A stretch of DNA of 64,000 nt from Myxococcota bacterium (GCA_041687695.1 JAWLBL010000013.1:128001-192000), one strand, 5' to 3'. Counted from the stretch's first letter, positions 51,698 through 63,578 are shown. Made by a program: numbers and translations. The notes: generated from the letters alone by a model not told the origin.

Positions 51698-52126
51698 ATG
51701 TATCTCAGGAAGTACGAGACGGTCGCCATCGTGAACCCGGATGCGGGCACGGACGGCGTCCAGCGCGTGCTCGACCGTATGCGCGAGGCCATCACCAAGA
51801 CCGGTGGCCAAGAGGCGCGGCTCGAGGATTGGGGCCGGCGTCGCCTGGCCTTCGAGATGGCCAAGCAGAACAAGGGCCATTACCTGTACCTGCTCTACCT
51901 CGGCACGACCTCGACGGTCGCCGAGCTCGAGCGCCTGCTCGGCATCACCGAGGAGGCGATGAAGTACCAGACGGTGCTGCTCGACCCCCGCGTCAAGGCC
52001 GACGAGTTCGACTTCGAGAAGGCCAAGAGCGAGTCGACGCAGCACGCCCGGTCCGAGGCGGCCTCGCCCCTGTTCGAGGACGACGAGGACGAGTCGGATG
52101 ACGAAGAGTACGAGGAGGAGGACTAG
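51698..52126 (+). CDS. rpsF: 30S ribosomal protein S6
   Basis: [23 protein letters not shown], acidic tail. Confidence 0.96.
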   Translation: MYLRKYETVAIVNPDAGTDGVQRVLDRMREAITKTGGQEARLEDWGRRRLAFEMAKQNKGHYLYLLYLGTTSTVAELERLLGITEEAMKYQTVLLDPRVKADEFDFEKAKSESTQHARSEAASPLFEDDEDESDDEEYEEED

Positions 52127-52128
52127 CC

Positions 52129-52368
52129 ATGCGCAAGCGTCGTACCGGCGGCCGCCGTAAAGTCTGCCCGTTCCTGGCGGACAAGAACCTCGCGGCCCAG
52201 CTCGATTACAAGAACCCCGAGCTCCTCAAGCGCTTCATCACCGATCGCGGCCGCATCGTGCCCCGCCGCATCTCGGGCGTGAGCTCGTTCTATCAGCGCA
52301 TCCTGGCCCGCGAGATCAAGCGCGCCCGTGCCATCGCGCTCCTCCCCTACGCCTCCGCGGGCGAATAG
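52129..52368 (+). CDS. rpsR: 30S ribosomal protein S18
   Basis: [24 protein letters not shown]....IKRAR.IALLPY. Confidence 0.97.
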   Translation: MRKRRTGGRRKVCPFLADKNLAAQLDYKNPELLKRFITDRGRIVPRRISGVSSFYQRILAREIKRARAIALLPYASAGE

Positions 52369-52390
52369 CCCAGGCGGACCGGAGACACCC

Positions 52391-52834
52391 ATGCAGGTCA
52401 TCCTGACTCAGGACGTGCCGAACCTGGGCGCGGCGGGCGAGATCGTCGACGTCAAGCCGGGTTATGGCGCCAACTTCCTCATCCCGCAGGGCCACGCGGT
52501 CCTCGCGACCAGCCGCAACATGTCGCGCGTTCAGCACGAGCGCCGGCAGATCGAGGCGCGGATCGCCCGCGAGCGCGCCGACGCGCAGCAGGCTGCGTCC
52601 AAGCTCAAGGGCCTCAGCGTCACCCTGACGCGGCTCGTGGGCGAGGACGACAAGATCTTCGGCTCGGTCACGACCAAGGACATCGCGGACGCCCTGGCCA
52701 ACGAGGGGATCCGCATCGATCGCCGGCAGATCATCCTCGATCAGCCGCTCAAGGCGCTCGGCGTGTACGAGGTCGACATCAAGCTGCATCGCGACGTGAA
52801 GACCCAGATCAAGGTCTGGGTGGTCGCGGACTGA
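52391..52834 (+). CDS. rplI: 50S ribosomal protein L9
   Basis: MQVIL..DV.NLG..G..V.VKPGY..NFLIP.G, KIFGSVT. Confidence 0.97.
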   Translation: MQVILTQDVPNLGAAGEIVDVKPGYGANFLIPQGHAVLATSRNMSRVQHERRQIEARIARERADAQQAASKLKGLSVTLTRLVGEDDKIFGSVTTKDIADALANEGIRIDRRQIILDQPLKALGVYEVDIKLHRDVKTQIKVWVVAD

Positions 52835-52894
52835 CGCGGCCTGCCGCGCCGGGTGCCCTCGGGGCGCGCGGTGCGGCGCGGAGCCGTCCCTTTC

Positions 52895-52926
52895 AGGCCC
52901 GTCGGTGCAAGCCGGCGGGTCTTTTT
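52895..52926 (+). terminator. Intrinsic terminator after rplI
   Basis: GGCCCGTCGGT-GCAA-GCCGGCGGGTC then TTTTT. Confidence 0.8.
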
Positions 52927-52945
52927 CGTTTGGCGGGAGTGGACG

Positions 52946-53865
<920 letters not shown>

Positions 53866-53869
<4 letters not shown>

Positions 53870-54576
53870 CCCGCGTCCGCGTCGAGGGCCCGGCGGCCCC
53901 GGGCGAGCGCCTGACGCTGGACCCGGGGCAGGGGCACCACCTGGCGCGCGTGCTGCGCAAGGGCGTTGGCGACGCGGTCGAGCTGGTCGACGGCCAGGGC
54001 GTGCGGTTCGCGGCGCGGCTGGTGGCCACGGAGCCGGTCGCGCTCGAGGTGGGCGAGCCGCTCGGGGCGGCGCCGGCCAACCCGGTCGAGCCCCTGGAGA
54101 TCTGGCTGCCGCTGCTCAAGGGAGGCCGCAGCGACGATCTGGTCCGGCAGCTGGTCGAGCTGGGGGCGACCCGCATCGTCCCCTATGTCTCCGAGCGGAC
54201 GGTGGCCCGGCCCGACGCCAAGCGCGCGTCCCGCCAGCGCGAGCGCTGGCAGAGCATCGCCATCGAGGCGACCCGGCAGTGCGGGCGCAGCGACGAGCCG
54301 TCCGTACAGGACGTCGCGGGCCTGCCCGACGAGGGCCCCGGCGTCTTCCTGTGGGAGGGCGGCGGGCGCCCAGCGCGGCAGGTCCTGTACAACGCGGCGC
54401 GGCCGCTGCGTGTCCTGGTGGGACCCGAGGGTGGGCTGGCGCAGGCCGAGGCCGACCGTCTGGTGGCGCAGGGCTGGGAGGCGGCGTGGCTGGGGCCGCG
54501 GGTGCTGAGGGCCGAGACGGCGGTCATCGCGGCGGCCGTGCTGGCCCTGAGCGCGCTTGGCGACGGCGGCTACTGA
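53866..54576 (+). CDS. rsmE: 16S rRNA m3U1498 methyltransferase
   Basis: HHLARVLR, ELGA, EA..QCGR, VGPEGG, LGPRVLRAETA. Confidence 0.95.
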
Positions 54577-55490
54577 GCCCGCTCGGCGGCCAGGCTGGCG
54601 TCTAGCCGGCGGCCCCAGGTGATCATCGCCACGAACGCGATGTTCATGGGGACCGTGACCGTCAGCAAGTACCACCAGAACGACTGCGGGAAGAAGGGAG
54701 CCGCCATGATGGCCAGGACGATGAGCACGTTGTGCGTCGTCGGGCCGATCCAGCTGGCGGCGCGCAGGAAGGGGCTGGTGCGTCGGACGAAGGCCTCGCG
54801 CTCGGCCTCGTCGGCCAGAAAGCGCGGGCGCGACTCGATGACCAGGCGCTGCTGGAAGAGCGTGTAGCGCAGATAGAGCCACAGGCCGATGCGCTCCCAA
54901 GCCGACTCGGCGTTGGCGAACTCGCGGCGGAGCTGATCGGGCGGGTCGATCTCGGTCTTGGCGGGCGCGACGTGGGCCAGGAACCACTGCTTGCGGAAGT
55001 CGAACAGACCCGAGTGCAGCGCCATGGAGGCGCCGGCCAGGAGCATCCAGGCGAACAGGCCCCAGCCGTCGACCAGGCGGTCGCGGAACAGCACGCCGGT
55101 GTAGGCGAGGTAGCTCCACATGCCCAGGTGCACGGCGAGGGCGGTCGAGTAGTCGGCGATGCCGTCCATCATGCGGCCAAGGCGCGTGCCGCCGCCGCGC
55201 TGGCGGGCGAGCTGGCCGTCGACGCAGTCGAGGACCATGGAGGTCAGTAGGCAGATGGCCGCGAACCCGAGCGAGCCGGGCGTGCCGACGGCGATGAACC
55301 AGCCGGTGAGGGCGCCCAGGGAGGCGGACACGAGGGTCACCTGGTTGGGCGTGACCGGGGTATGGACGAGGCCCTGGACCACCAGCGCGGCGACGCGTCG
55401 GTTCACGTGTAGATCATAGAGCTCCTCGACGACGGGGCTCTTGACCGCGTCATCCGTCGGGACGGTGCCGGCATGGGTGCGTTGGCGCAT
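54570..55490 (-). CDS. CDP-alcohol phosphatidyltransferase family protein
   Basis: TPNQVT, DCVDGQLAR......GRMMDGIAD signature. Confidence 0.92.
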   Translation of the reverse strand: MRQRTHAGTVPTDDAVKSPVVEELYDLHVNRRVAALVVQGLVHTPVTPNQVTLVSASLGALTGWFIAVGTPGSLGFAAICLLTSMVLDCVDGQLARQRGGGTRLGRMMDGIADYSTALAVHLGMWSYLAYTGVLFRDRLVDGWGLFAWMLLAGASMALHSGLFDFRKQWFLAHVAPAKTEIDPPDQLRREFANAESAWERIGLWLYLRYTLFQQRLVIESRPRFLADEAEREAFVRRTSPFLRAASWIGPTTHNVLIVLAIMAAPFFPQSFWWYLLTVTVPMNIAFVAMITWGRRLDASLAAERAQ

Positions 55491-55495
55491 GGACC

Positions 55496-57070
55496 TCAGA
55501 CCTGTTTGTGGACCCAGCGTTTGGTGGCGAACCAGAGGGCGTAGGCGATGCCGCTGAGGACGTTGCCGAGGGCGATGAGCAGCCAGGTGCGCTCGGGCGT
55601 CACGTCCGAGAGGAGGACCGTCAACAGCGTAATGGGAATCACGAGACCCAAAAGGACCAGGCTGTCCAGCACGAGGCTCGAGAGCGTGGCTCCCGCGCCG
55701 GCGAGCGCCTGCGAGAGGACGACGGCGACGCCGAGGAACGCGTAGCTGAGGCCGACGACGCCCAGATACTCTACGCCGGTGGCGACGACCCGCGGGTCGT
55801 CGTCGAACAGGCCGACGATGGCGGGGGCCCAGGCGCGATAGATCGCCAGGACGCCGATCATGACCAGCGCGTTGTACAGGGCGGCGACCCAGGCGGCGGT
55901 GTTGGCGCGGCCGGGCCGGAGCGCGCCGAGGTTCTGGCCGACCCAGGTGCTGGCGGCGGCGCCCCAGCCCATCCCGGTGAACAGGGCGACCGTGTCGAGG
56001 CGGATGCAGATGCCGTAGGCGGTCAGGACCGTGCTGTCCTCGGCCGTCGTGAAGTGGTGGCCGATGAGGGCGGTGAAGAAGAGGATGACCAGGATGCGAA
56101 GGACGAACTGGGCCGAGCTGGGCCAGGCGATGCGGACCAGGCGCCGGACGTCGGCGGCGCGGGGCCACATGGCCAGCGGGCTGAAGCGTAGGTCGCGGTG
56201 GGCGGCGAAGAGGAGGGCGAAGCCCAGGACGATGGCGAGGCCGCGCGACCACAGAGTGCTCCAGGCCGCGCCGGCGACGCCCATGCGGGGGAGGTCGAGC
56301 GCCTCGGCGAGCGGGGGCCCCCACGCGAACAGCTCGGGCGCCGGCCCGGGCCCGTAGACCATGGTCACCGACAGGAACAGGTTGAGGACGTTGGCGCCGA
56401 CGAGCAGCACCATCGGGGTGACCGAGTCGCCGACGGCGCGCATCATGGCGGTGATCTGGAACAGCACCAGGACCGTGAAGGAGCCGCCGACGATGATGCG
56501 CATGTACTCGGCGGCCATCTCCTGGACGGGGCCTTTGGCGCCGAAGACGTCGGCGGTCAGCGGCTCGGCGAGGAGCAGGCCTATCGCGCCGAAGACGATG
56601 GACAGGGCGAGGGTCAGGCCCATCGCCTGGGCCGAGGTCGTCGAGATGGCCCGGTCGTCGCCCTCGCCACGGCGGCGCGCGATGATGGCCACGGTGGCGT
56701 TCGAGACGCCGTTGGCGACGATCGAGGCGACCATGGCGACCAGATCGCAGATGGCCAGGGCGGCCAGCGCTTCGGTGCCCTCGGGCAGCTGGCCGACGAT
56801 GAACATGTCGACCAGGTTGAACATGGCCTGCAGGGCCATGGCGACCACCAGGGGCAGCCCGAACCAGGCGACGCCGGTGCTCACGCGGCCGTGCAGGATG
56901 CGGGAACGCGGCTTCGCGCTCGGGGTGCGAAGCGCGCTCTCCGGTGCGTGTCCCTGCGGGGCGTCGGGGGGCGGGCTCACCGCGGGCGCGCGGCCACGGG
57001 GCGCGGGCTTGACCGCGGCGCCGGCGCCGCTCTCGGCCGGCTGGATCTCGTGAACTTCGTCGTCGTGCAC
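55496..57070 (-). CDS. MATE family efflux transporter
   Basis: P...M.LQ..FNLVD.FIVG, RAVGDS.TP, GVAGAAWST, VGQNLGA, GAG.T; about 12 TM helices. Start uncertain. Confidence 0.92.
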   Translation of the reverse strand: MHDDEVHEIQPAESGAGAAVKPAPRGRAPAVSPPPDAPQGHAPESALRTPSAKPRSRILHGRVSTGVAWFGLPLVVAMALQAMFNLVDMFIVGQLPEGTEALAALAICDLVAMVASIVANGVSNATVAIIARRRGEGDDRAISTTSAQAMGLTLALSIVFGAIGLLLAEPLTADVFGAKGPVQEMAAEYMRIIVGGSFTVLVLFQITAMMRAVGDSVTPMVLLVGANVLNLFLSVTMVYGPGPAPELFAWGPPLAEALDLPRMGVAGAAWSTLWSRGLAIVLGFALLFAAHRDLRFSPLAMWPRAADVRRLVRIAWPSSAQFVLRILVILFFTALIGHHFTTAEDSTVLTAYGICIRLDTVALFTGMGWGAAASTWVGQNLGALRPGRANTAAWVAALYNALVMIGVLAIYRAWAPAIVGLFDDDPRVVATGVEYLGVVGLSYAFLGVAVVLSQALAGAGATLSSLVLDSLVLLGLVIPITLLTVLLSDVTPERTWLLIALGNVLSGIAYALWFATKRWVHKQV

Positions 57071-57335
57071 CGTTTGGGCCCCGCGCTCCTGGGTGGGTGG
57101 TCGTCGCGCCCGCTCGGTGGTATGCAATGCAACATCCGGTCCAGCTCTGCGAGGTCGCGGGAGGGGGTCGGGCGACCGCACGCGGTGGGGTCGAGTGACC
57201 GCGGCTCTGATAGGCTCGCCGCAGACCGCGAGTCAACGGAACGCGCGCGAAGGGTGGGGCCGGCCGACCCCGGTGCAGCCCATCCGCGGCCCTTCCGCGA
57301 CGCCACGACGACGTGCCGCGCCGGGCTTGAAATCC

Positions 57336-57364
57336 TTGGGAGGGTGCCCACGTTCTGCTATCGT
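57336..57364 (+). promoter_or_regulatory. Putative secA promoter (extended -10)
   Basis: TTGGGA-17nt-TATCGT preceded by TGC. Confidence 0.4.
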
Positions 57365-57402
57365 TTCGAGCCCTCCCGCTCCCCAGCCCCTTAGGCTTAC
57401 CG

Positions 57403-60198
57403 ATGGTCAACTGGTTCAAGAGAATGTTCGGGACCGCGAACGAGCGGACCCTCAAGCAGATCCAGCCGCTCGTCGAGCAGGTCAACCAGCTCGAGTCCAA
57501 GATGGCGGGGTACAGCGACGCCCAGCTGCAGGGCAAGACCGGCGAGTTCAAGCAGAAGCTGGCCAACGGCGCCAGCCTCGACGAGATCCTGCCGTCGGCG
57601 TTCGCGGTGATGCGCGAGGCGGGCAAGCGGGTGCTCGGGATGCGCCACTACGACGTGCAGCTCGTCGGCGGGACGGTGCTGCACCAGGGCAAGATCGCCG
57701 AGATGAAGACGGGCGAGGGCAAGACGCTCGTCGCGACGCTGCCCGTGTACCTGAACGCGCTGTCCGGCAACGGCGTGCACGTCATCACGGTCAACGACTA
57801 CCTCGCCTCGCGTGACGCCGAGTGGATGGGGCAGGTCTACCGCTGGCTGGGGCTGACGACCGGCGTCATCGTGCACGATCTGTCGGACACCGAGCGGCAG
57901 CGGGCCTACGGCGCCGACATCACCTACGGCACGAACAACGAGTTCGGGTTCGACTACCTGCGCGACAACATGAAGTTCTCGCTCGACCGCCGGGTGCAGC
58001 GCGGGCGCAACTTCGCCATCGTCGACGAGGTCGACTCCATCCTCATCGACGAGGCGCGCACCCCGCTCATCATCTCGGGGCCCAGCGACAAGTCGTCCGA
58101 CTGGTACTACCGCATCAACGCGGTCATCCCGTTCCTCAAGCGCGAAGAGGACTTCCTCGTCGACGAGAAGAGCCACTCGGCCACGCTGACCGACAGCGGC
58201 GTCGACAAGGTCGAGTCGCGGCTCAAGCTCGACAACCTCTACGACGCCGAGAACATCGAGATCCTGCACCACGTGCACCAGGCCCTCAAGGCGCACACGC
58301 TCTACAAGAAGGACGTCAACTACGTCATCGAAGAGGGCAAGGTCGTCATCGTCGACGAGTTCACGGGCCGCAAGATGAAGGGCCGCCGCTGGTCCGACGG
58401 CCTGCACCAGGCGGTCGAGGCCAAGGAGGGCGTGCGCATCGAGGCCGAGAACGAGACGCTCGCGACCATCACCTTCCAGAACTACTTCCGCCTGTACGAG
58501 AAGCTCGGCGGCATGACCGGTACGGCCGACACCGAGGCGTCGGAGTTCCTCGAGATCTACAAGCTGCCGGTGGTGGTCATCCCGACCAACAAGCCCGTCA
58601 TCCGCAAGGACGAGAACGACCTCATCTACAAGTCCGAGCAGGAGAAGTGGTTCGCCGTGGCCGACGACGTCGTCGCGGCCCACGAGCGCGGCCAGCCGGT
58701 CCTGGTCGGCACGACCAGCGTCGAAAAGAGCGAGTACCTGTCGACCGTGCTGACCCGCAAGGGCGTGCCGCACTCGGTCCTGAACGCCAAGTACCACGCG
58801 ATGGAGGCGTCCATCGTGGCGCAGGCGGGCCGCCGTGGCGCGGTGACCATCGCGACCAACATGGCCGGCCGCGGCACCGACATCCTGCTGGGCGGCAACC
58901 CCGAGTTCATGGCGCGCGCCGAGGCCGGCACCGAAGAGGGGCCCGACTTCGAGGCGGCGATCGCCAAGTTCAAGGAGCAGTGCGCCAACGAGCGGCAACA
59001 GGTGCTCGACGCGGGCGGGCTGCACATCGTCGGCACCGAGCGGCACGAGAGCCGGCGCGTCGACAACCAGCTGCGCGGCCGCGCGGGGCGCCAGGGCGAC
59101 CCGGGCTCGAGCCGGTTCTTCCTGAGCCTCGACGACGACCTGATGCGCATCTTCGGCCACGAGCGCATCAAGAAGGTCATGGAAGCGCTCCGGATGCCGG
59201 ACAACGAGCCCATCGAGCACAAGTGGATCAACAAGGCCGTCGAGAACGCGCAGAAGAAGATCGAGGCGCGCAACTTCGACATGCGAAAGCACGTCCTCGA
59301 GTACGACGACGTGATGAACCTGCAGCGCAAGGCCATCTACCAGCTGCGTGACCGCGTCCTGTCGGGCGAGGAGACGCCGCAGCTCGTGCGCGAGGCCATC
59401 GAGGACGTCGTCGACCGCATCTGTGACGAGGCGATGCCCGAGGGCTTCGACCCGCACGACTTCGACGCGGCCGAGCTGGTCAAGGCGCTCGAGGCCCAGT
59501 TCACGGCCAAGGCCGACTTCTCCAAGGTCGAGTCGCCCAGCTTCGAGGCCTACCGCGACGCCGCGGCGCAGCAGATGAAGGCCTTCTACGACCAGCGCGA
59601 GATGGGGATCATCGACGCGCTGCAGCGCGCGGCGGTCGCGCAGGGCTCCGAGATCACGCCCGAGATCGCGCGCGAGCGCTGGCGGTTCTTCGAGCGCGAG
59701 CGCTACCTGCGGTCCATCGACACGCTGTGGAAGCACCACCTGAAGGTGATGGAGTCCCTCAAGGAGGGCATCAACCTGCAGGCCTACGCGCAGAAGGACC
59801 CGAAGCTGGCCTACAAGAAGGAGGGCTACGAGCTCTTCCAGATGATGGTCGACAAGGTGAAGGAGAACGTCACCGAGGTGCTCTTCCGCGCCGAGGGGCC
59901 GACCGAGGAGGAGATCCAGCGCATGCGCGAGCGGCGCCTCGAGGAGGAGAACCGCATCCTGCTCATGCGCCAGCAGCAGGAGGCCGCGCAGGCCGCCGCC
60001 GAGGCCAAGGCCAGCGCCTCCGCCGCGCAGCAGCAGGCCGAGGCCGCCCGCATCGCCCACCAGGGCGGGACCTTCACCCGCAAGTACGACAAGGTGGGCC
60101 GCAACGATCCGTGCCCCTGCGGCAGCGGCAAGAAGTTCAAGAAGTGCCACGAGGGGCGCCTCGAGGAGCTGTCCGCCACGGCGTCCTCGCGGACCTGA
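57403..60198 (+). CDS. secA: Preprotein translocase ATPase SecA
   Basis: [63 protein letters not shown]. Confidence 0.99.
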   Translation: MVNWFKRMFGTANERTLKQIQPLVEQVNQLESKMAGYSDAQLQGKTGEFKQKLANGASLDEILPSAFAVMREAGKRVLGMRHYDVQLVGGTVLHQGKIAEMKTGEGKTLVATLPVYLNALSGNGVHVITVNDYLASRDAEWMGQVYRWLGLTTGVIVHDLSDTERQRAYGADITYGTNNEFGFDYLRDNMKFSLDRRVQRGRNFAIVDEVDSILIDEARTPLIISGPSDKSSDWYYRINAVIPFLKREEDFLVDEKSHSATLTDSGVDKVESRLKLDNLYDAENIEILHHVHQALKAHTLYKKDVNYVIEEGKVVIVDEFTGRKMKGRRWSDGLHQAVEAKEGVRIEAENETLATITFQNYFRLYEKLGGMTGTADTEASEFLEIYKLPVVVIPTNKPVIRKDENDLIYKSEQEKWFAVADDVVAAHERGQPVLVGTTSVEKSEYLSTVLTRKGVPHSVLNAKYHAMEASIVAQAGRRGAVTIATNMAGRGTDILLGGNPEFMARAEAGTEEGPDFEAAIAKFKEQCANERQQVLDAGGLHIVGTERHESRRVDNQLRGRAGRQGDPGSSRFFLSLDDDLMRIFGHERIKKVMEALRMPDNEPIEHKWINKAVENAQKKIEARNFDMRKHVLEYDDVMNLQRKAIYQLRDRVLSGEETPQLVREAIEDVVDRICDEAMPEGFDPHDFDAAELVKALEAQFTAKADFSKVESPSFEAYRDAAAQQMKAFYDQREMGIIDALQRAAVAQGSEITPEIARERWRFFERERYLRSIDTLWKHHLKVMESLKEGINLQAYAQKDPKLAYKKEGYELFQMMVDKVKENVTEVLFRAEGPTEEEIQRMRERRLEEENRILLMRQQQEAAQAAAEAKASASAAQQQAEAARIAHQGGTFTRKYDKVGRNDPCPCGSGKKFKKCHEGRLEELSATASSRT

Positions 60199-60385
60199 TG
60201 GACCGCTGACGTCGTCGAGGCGGAGCCCACCCCTGACGGTGGGCTCCGTCGTTTCGAAGACCGAGGGCCAGGCCCGTCCGTCCGCCCCGGCGTCCTCGCG
60301 GACCTGATGGACCGCTGACGTCGAGACGGAGCCCACCCCCGATGGTGGGCTCCGTCGTTTCGCAGGCCGAGGGCGGGGCCCGACC
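60171..60385 (+). repeat. Tandem duplication (period about 109 bp) of the secA 3' end and its terminator hairpin
   Basis: GGCGTCCTCGCGGACCTGATGGACCGCTGACGTCG...CGGAGCCCACC..GGTGGGCTCCGTCGTTTCG in units starting at 60171 and 60280. Confidence 0.92.
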
Positions 60386-60390
60386 CGACC

Positions 60391-60420
60391 TTGACAGCCT
60401 CGGCGGGCGCGGGCCATAAC
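60391..60420 (+). promoter_or_regulatory. Putative promoter of ribF
   Basis: TTGACA-18nt-CATAAC, ending 9 nt before the ATG. Confidence 0.5.
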
Positions 60421-60429
60421 CCGCGCACG

Positions 60430-61371
60430 ATGCAGATGTACTTCGGTTTGGACGACCTGCCCGAGGAGCCGCTCGAGCCGGTCGTGACCATGGGCAACTT
60501 CGACGGCGTGCACCGGGGACATCAGGCCCTGCTCGCGCGCGTGCAGGAGGAGGGCTCGCGCATGAGCGCGCCCACCATGGTCATCACCTTCCACCCGCAC
60601 CCCCGGCAGGTGCTGCGGCCCGAAGAGCCCTTCACGCCCATCATGTCGCTCAAGGAGCGCATGCGGCGGCTGTGGGATCTCCGCATCGACCACGCCCTCA
60701 TCCTGCCGTTCGACCACGACATGGCCGAGATGACCGGGCGCGAGTTCATCGAAGAGGTGCTCTGGGACGCGCTGCGCATCCGCGGCATCTATGTCGGCGC
60801 GGCGATGACCTTCGGATACCAGCGCCAGGGCAACGTCAAGCTGCTCGAGTCCGAGGGGCGACGGCTGGGCTACGGCGTCGGCGTCATAGACCCCGTGCTG
60901 GTCGAGGGCTATCGCGTCTCGTCCACCCTCATCCGGCAGGCGGTCGCGTCGGGGCAGCTCGAGGTCGCCGCGCGGCTGTTGGGCCGCAACCACCGCGTCG
61001 TGGGGACGGTCGTCGAGGGCGACAAGCGCGGCCGCGAGCTGGGCTTCCCGACCGCCAACCTCGAGACCGACGGCGGCGTCCTGCCGCCGAACGGGGTCTA
61101 TGCGGCCTGGGCGCTGCTGGACGACGGCGCGACCCGCGTGCCCGCGGTCGTGAACATCGGCGTGCGGCCGACCTTCACCGAGGGCGGCCCCGTCAGCGTC
61201 GAGGCGCACCTGCTGGACTTCGAGGGCGACCTGTACGGCCAGGAGGTCGCGCTCGCCCTGGTGCGCAACCTGCGCGGCGAGCAGCAGTTCGGGGGCGTCG
61301 AGCCCCTCAAGCGGCAGATCAAGCGCGACGTCATCGAGGCGCGGCGCGCCCTGGGCGTCCCGCGGGCGTGA
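60430..61371 (+). CDS. ribF: Bifunctional riboflavin kinase/FAD synthetase
   Basis: GNFDGVHRGH, TFHPHP, SST.IR, GRELGFPTAN, NIGVRPT, VEAHLLD. Confidence 0.97.
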   Translation: MQMYFGLDDLPEEPLEPVVTMGNFDGVHRGHQALLARVQEEGSRMSAPTMVITFHPHPRQVLRPEEPFTPIMSLKERMRRLWDLRIDHALILPFDHDMAEMTGREFIEEVLWDALRIRGIYVGAAMTFGYQRQGNVKLLESEGRRLGYGVGVIDPVLVEGYRVSSTLIRQAVASGQLEVAARLLGRNHRVVGTVVEGDKRGRELGFPTANLETDGGVLPPNGVYAAWALLDDGATRVPAVVNIGVRPTFTEGGPVSVEAHLLDFEGDLYGQEVALALVRNLRGEQQFGGVEPLKRQIKRDVIEARRALGVPRA

Positions 61372-62234
61372 CCGCGACGCCCCTGCGGCTCGGCCTGGTC
61401 GGTCACCCGGTCGCCCACAGCCTGTCGGCCGTGATGCACCGCGCGGCGCTCGAGGCCGTCGGCCGGCAGGGCGATTATGCGCTGTTGGACACGCCGACCG
61501 AGGTCGAGTTGGCCGACCTCGTCGGACGGCTCAGGTTCGGCCACCTCGACGGCCTGAACGTCACCATCCCGCACAAGCAGGCGGCCCTGGGTCTGTGCGA
61601 CCGCGCGACCGCCGAGGCGAGCGCCCTGGGCGCGGTCAACACGCTCGTCCGCAGCGCCGACGGCCTCGTGGTCGGGCACAACACCGATCTGCCGGGGCTG
61701 GTGGCGGCCCTGCGGCAGGCCTTCCCCGACCCGCCCTGGGTGGGCGGCGTCTGCGCCCTGCTGGGCGCCGGAGGGGCCGCCCGCGCCGCCGCCGCCGCCG
61801 CCCTGCAGGTCGGGGCGCGCGAGGTCCGCGTCTACAACCGCACCGCCAGCCGCGCGCGCCAGCTCACCGAGGATCTGGCCGACCCGCGGGTCGTCCCGGT
61901 CGCGTCGGCGCTGGACGCGCTGGCCGGGGCGACCCTGGTCCTGCAGTCGACCAGCGCGGGCATGGGCACGCAGCCGGCCTCGCCCGAGTGGGAGGAGCTA
62001 CGGGTCCATGCGATGACGGCCCTGGCCGCGACGTCGGCCGAGGCCTGCGTCATGGATCTGGTCTATCGGCCCGCGCGGACGCCGTGGTGCGCGGCCGCCG
62101 AGGCCCTGGGACGCCGGGCCGAGGCCGGCCTGCCGATGCTGGTCGAGCAGGCGGCGCTGGCCTTCGCGCTGTGGACGGGCCAGCCGGCCCCGCGTGAGGT
62201 CATGGCGCGGGCGGCGGCGGGGGCCCTGCGCTGA
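61368..62234 (+). CDS. aroE: Shikimate dehydrogenase
   Basis: GHPVAHSLS, NVTIPHK, GAVNT, GHNTD, GAGGAARA, NRT, DLVY, MLVEQA. Confidence 0.96.
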   Translation: MTATPLRLGLVGHPVAHSLSAVMHRAALEAVGRQGDYALLDTPTEVELADLVGRLRFGHLDGLNVTIPHKQAALGLCDRATAEASALGAVNTLVRSADGLVVGHNTDLPGLVAALRQAFPDPPWVGGVCALLGAGGAARAAAAAALQVGAREVRVYNRTASRARQLTEDLADPRVVPVASALDALAGATLVLQSTSAGMGTQPASPEWEELRVHAMTALAATSAEACVMDLVYRPARTPWCAAAEALGRRAEAGLPMLVEQAALAFALWTGQPAPREVMARAAAGALR

Positions 62235-63564
62235 GCGCGGCGACGAGGGCCGCGGCCTTGGCCTCGGTCTCGGCCCACTCGGCCTCGGGCGTGCTGTCCG
62301 CGACGATGCCGCCGCCGGTGTGGTAGCTCAGCTGGCCGTCGGCCACGACACACGAGCGGATGAGGATGTTGAAGGTGGCGCGCCCGGTGCCGTCGACGAC
62401 GCCCAGGCTGCCGGTGTACAGGCCCCGTCGCAGTCCCTCGACCCGCTCGATGCGGGCCATGGCGGCGATCTTGGGCGCGCCGGTGATGCTGCCGCCGGGG
62501 AAGAGCGCCGTCAGGACGTCGGCGAGGTCGGCGTCGGGGCGGACGCGGGCGGCCACGTCGCTGACCAGGTGGTGGACGGTCGGCAGCGGCTGCACGCCCA
62601 GCAGCTGGGGCACCGAGACCCCGCCCGGGACCGCGACCCGGCCGAGATCGTTGCGCACGAGGTCGACGATCATGACGTGCTCGGCGCGCTCCTTGGGGTC
62701 GGCGCGGAGCGCGTCGGCCAGGCGTGCGTCCTCGGCAGGCGTTGGGCCACGGGGGCGGGTGCCCTTGATGGGGTAGCTGTGGGCCGCGCGGGTCGCCGGG
62801 TCCCAGGTGAGCAGGCACTCGGGCGAGGCCGAGACCAGCCACTGGTCCGGCCCGAAGGCCCACAGCGCGCCCAGCGCGGCCGGGCTGCGGGCGCGCAGGG
62901 CGCGGTGCAGGGCGGGCGCCAGCGCGGGGTCCATGGGGGCCGACAGGCGCCGTGCCACGTTGGCCTGGTAGAGGTCGCCGCGGGCGATGCCGTCCAGGAC
63001 GTCGGCCAGGGCGGCGCGGTGGGCGTCGCGGTCGAGGTGGCTGTCGAGCCGGGTCGGCAGCGTGCCTTGGGCGAGGGCGCGGGGCGGGCGCTCGAGGTGG
63101 GTCAGCAGTCGCCGGCGGGCCGCGTGGTCGGTGGCGTGCAGGCGCCAGGGCCCGGTCGGCCCGTCCGAGGCCAGGAAGGCGGGGTAGGTGGCAAGGACCA
63201 GGTCGGGGACCGAGCCGTCGCGGCGCGCGGTGGCGGGCAGGCGCTCGAGGTTGCGGCCGAGGTCGTAGGACAAGCCGAGGACGTGCAGCGGCGCGGGCTG
63301 CCCGCTGCGCGTGACGTGCCGCCGGAGCCAGTCGGACAGGCCGCGGAGGGGCAGGTCCTCGACCCGCAGGCGCTGGACGCGGCTGGGGAGCGCGGCGAGC
63401 AGGTGCCCGGGGCGCGTGAAGCCGACGGTCGGCCCAGCGGCCGGGAGGGCGTCGCCGCCGTCGGCCCAGAACGGCGACGCCCGCCACGCGTCCTCGCCGG
63501 CGAACAGGCGCTCGGCGAGGACGGGGGCGGGCGCGCCCGAGAGGATGAGCGGTCCCGTGGTCAG
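62200..63564 (-). CDS. pabB: Aminodeoxychorismate synthase component I / anthranilate synthase component I family
   Basis: SYDLG, GDLYQAN, SASPE, PIKGT, KERAEHVMIVDLVRNDLG, FPGGSITGAPK, FNILIR, GGGIV; frame open upstream of 63273, CTG start proposed. Confidence 0.85.
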   Translation of the reverse strand: MTTGPLILSGAPAPVLAERLFAGEDAWRASPFWADGGDALPAAGPTVGFTRPGHLLAALPSRVQRLRVEDLPLRGLSDWLRRHVTRSGQPAPLHVLGLSYDLGRNLERLPATARRDGSVPDLVLATYPAFLASDGPTGPWRLHATDHAARRRLLTHLERPPRALAQGTLPTRLDSHLDRDAHRAALADVLDGIARGDLYQANVARRLSAPMDPALAPALHRALRARSPAALGALWAFGPDQWLVSASPECLLTWDPATRAAHSYPIKGTRPRGPTPAEDARLADALRADPKERAEHVMIVDLVRNDLGRVAVPGGVSVPQLLGVQPLPTVHHLVSDVAARVRPDADLADVLTALFPGGSITGAPKIAAMARIERVEGLRRGLYTGSLGVVDGTGRATFNILIRSCVVADGQLSYHTGGGIVADSTPEAEWAETEAKAAALVAALSAGPPPPPAP

Positions 63565-63578
63565 GGCGGCGCTCCGGA

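Noticed and set aside
60171..60385. Possible CRISPR or IS ends
   Set aside because: Only two adjacent long units, no spacer, no transposase
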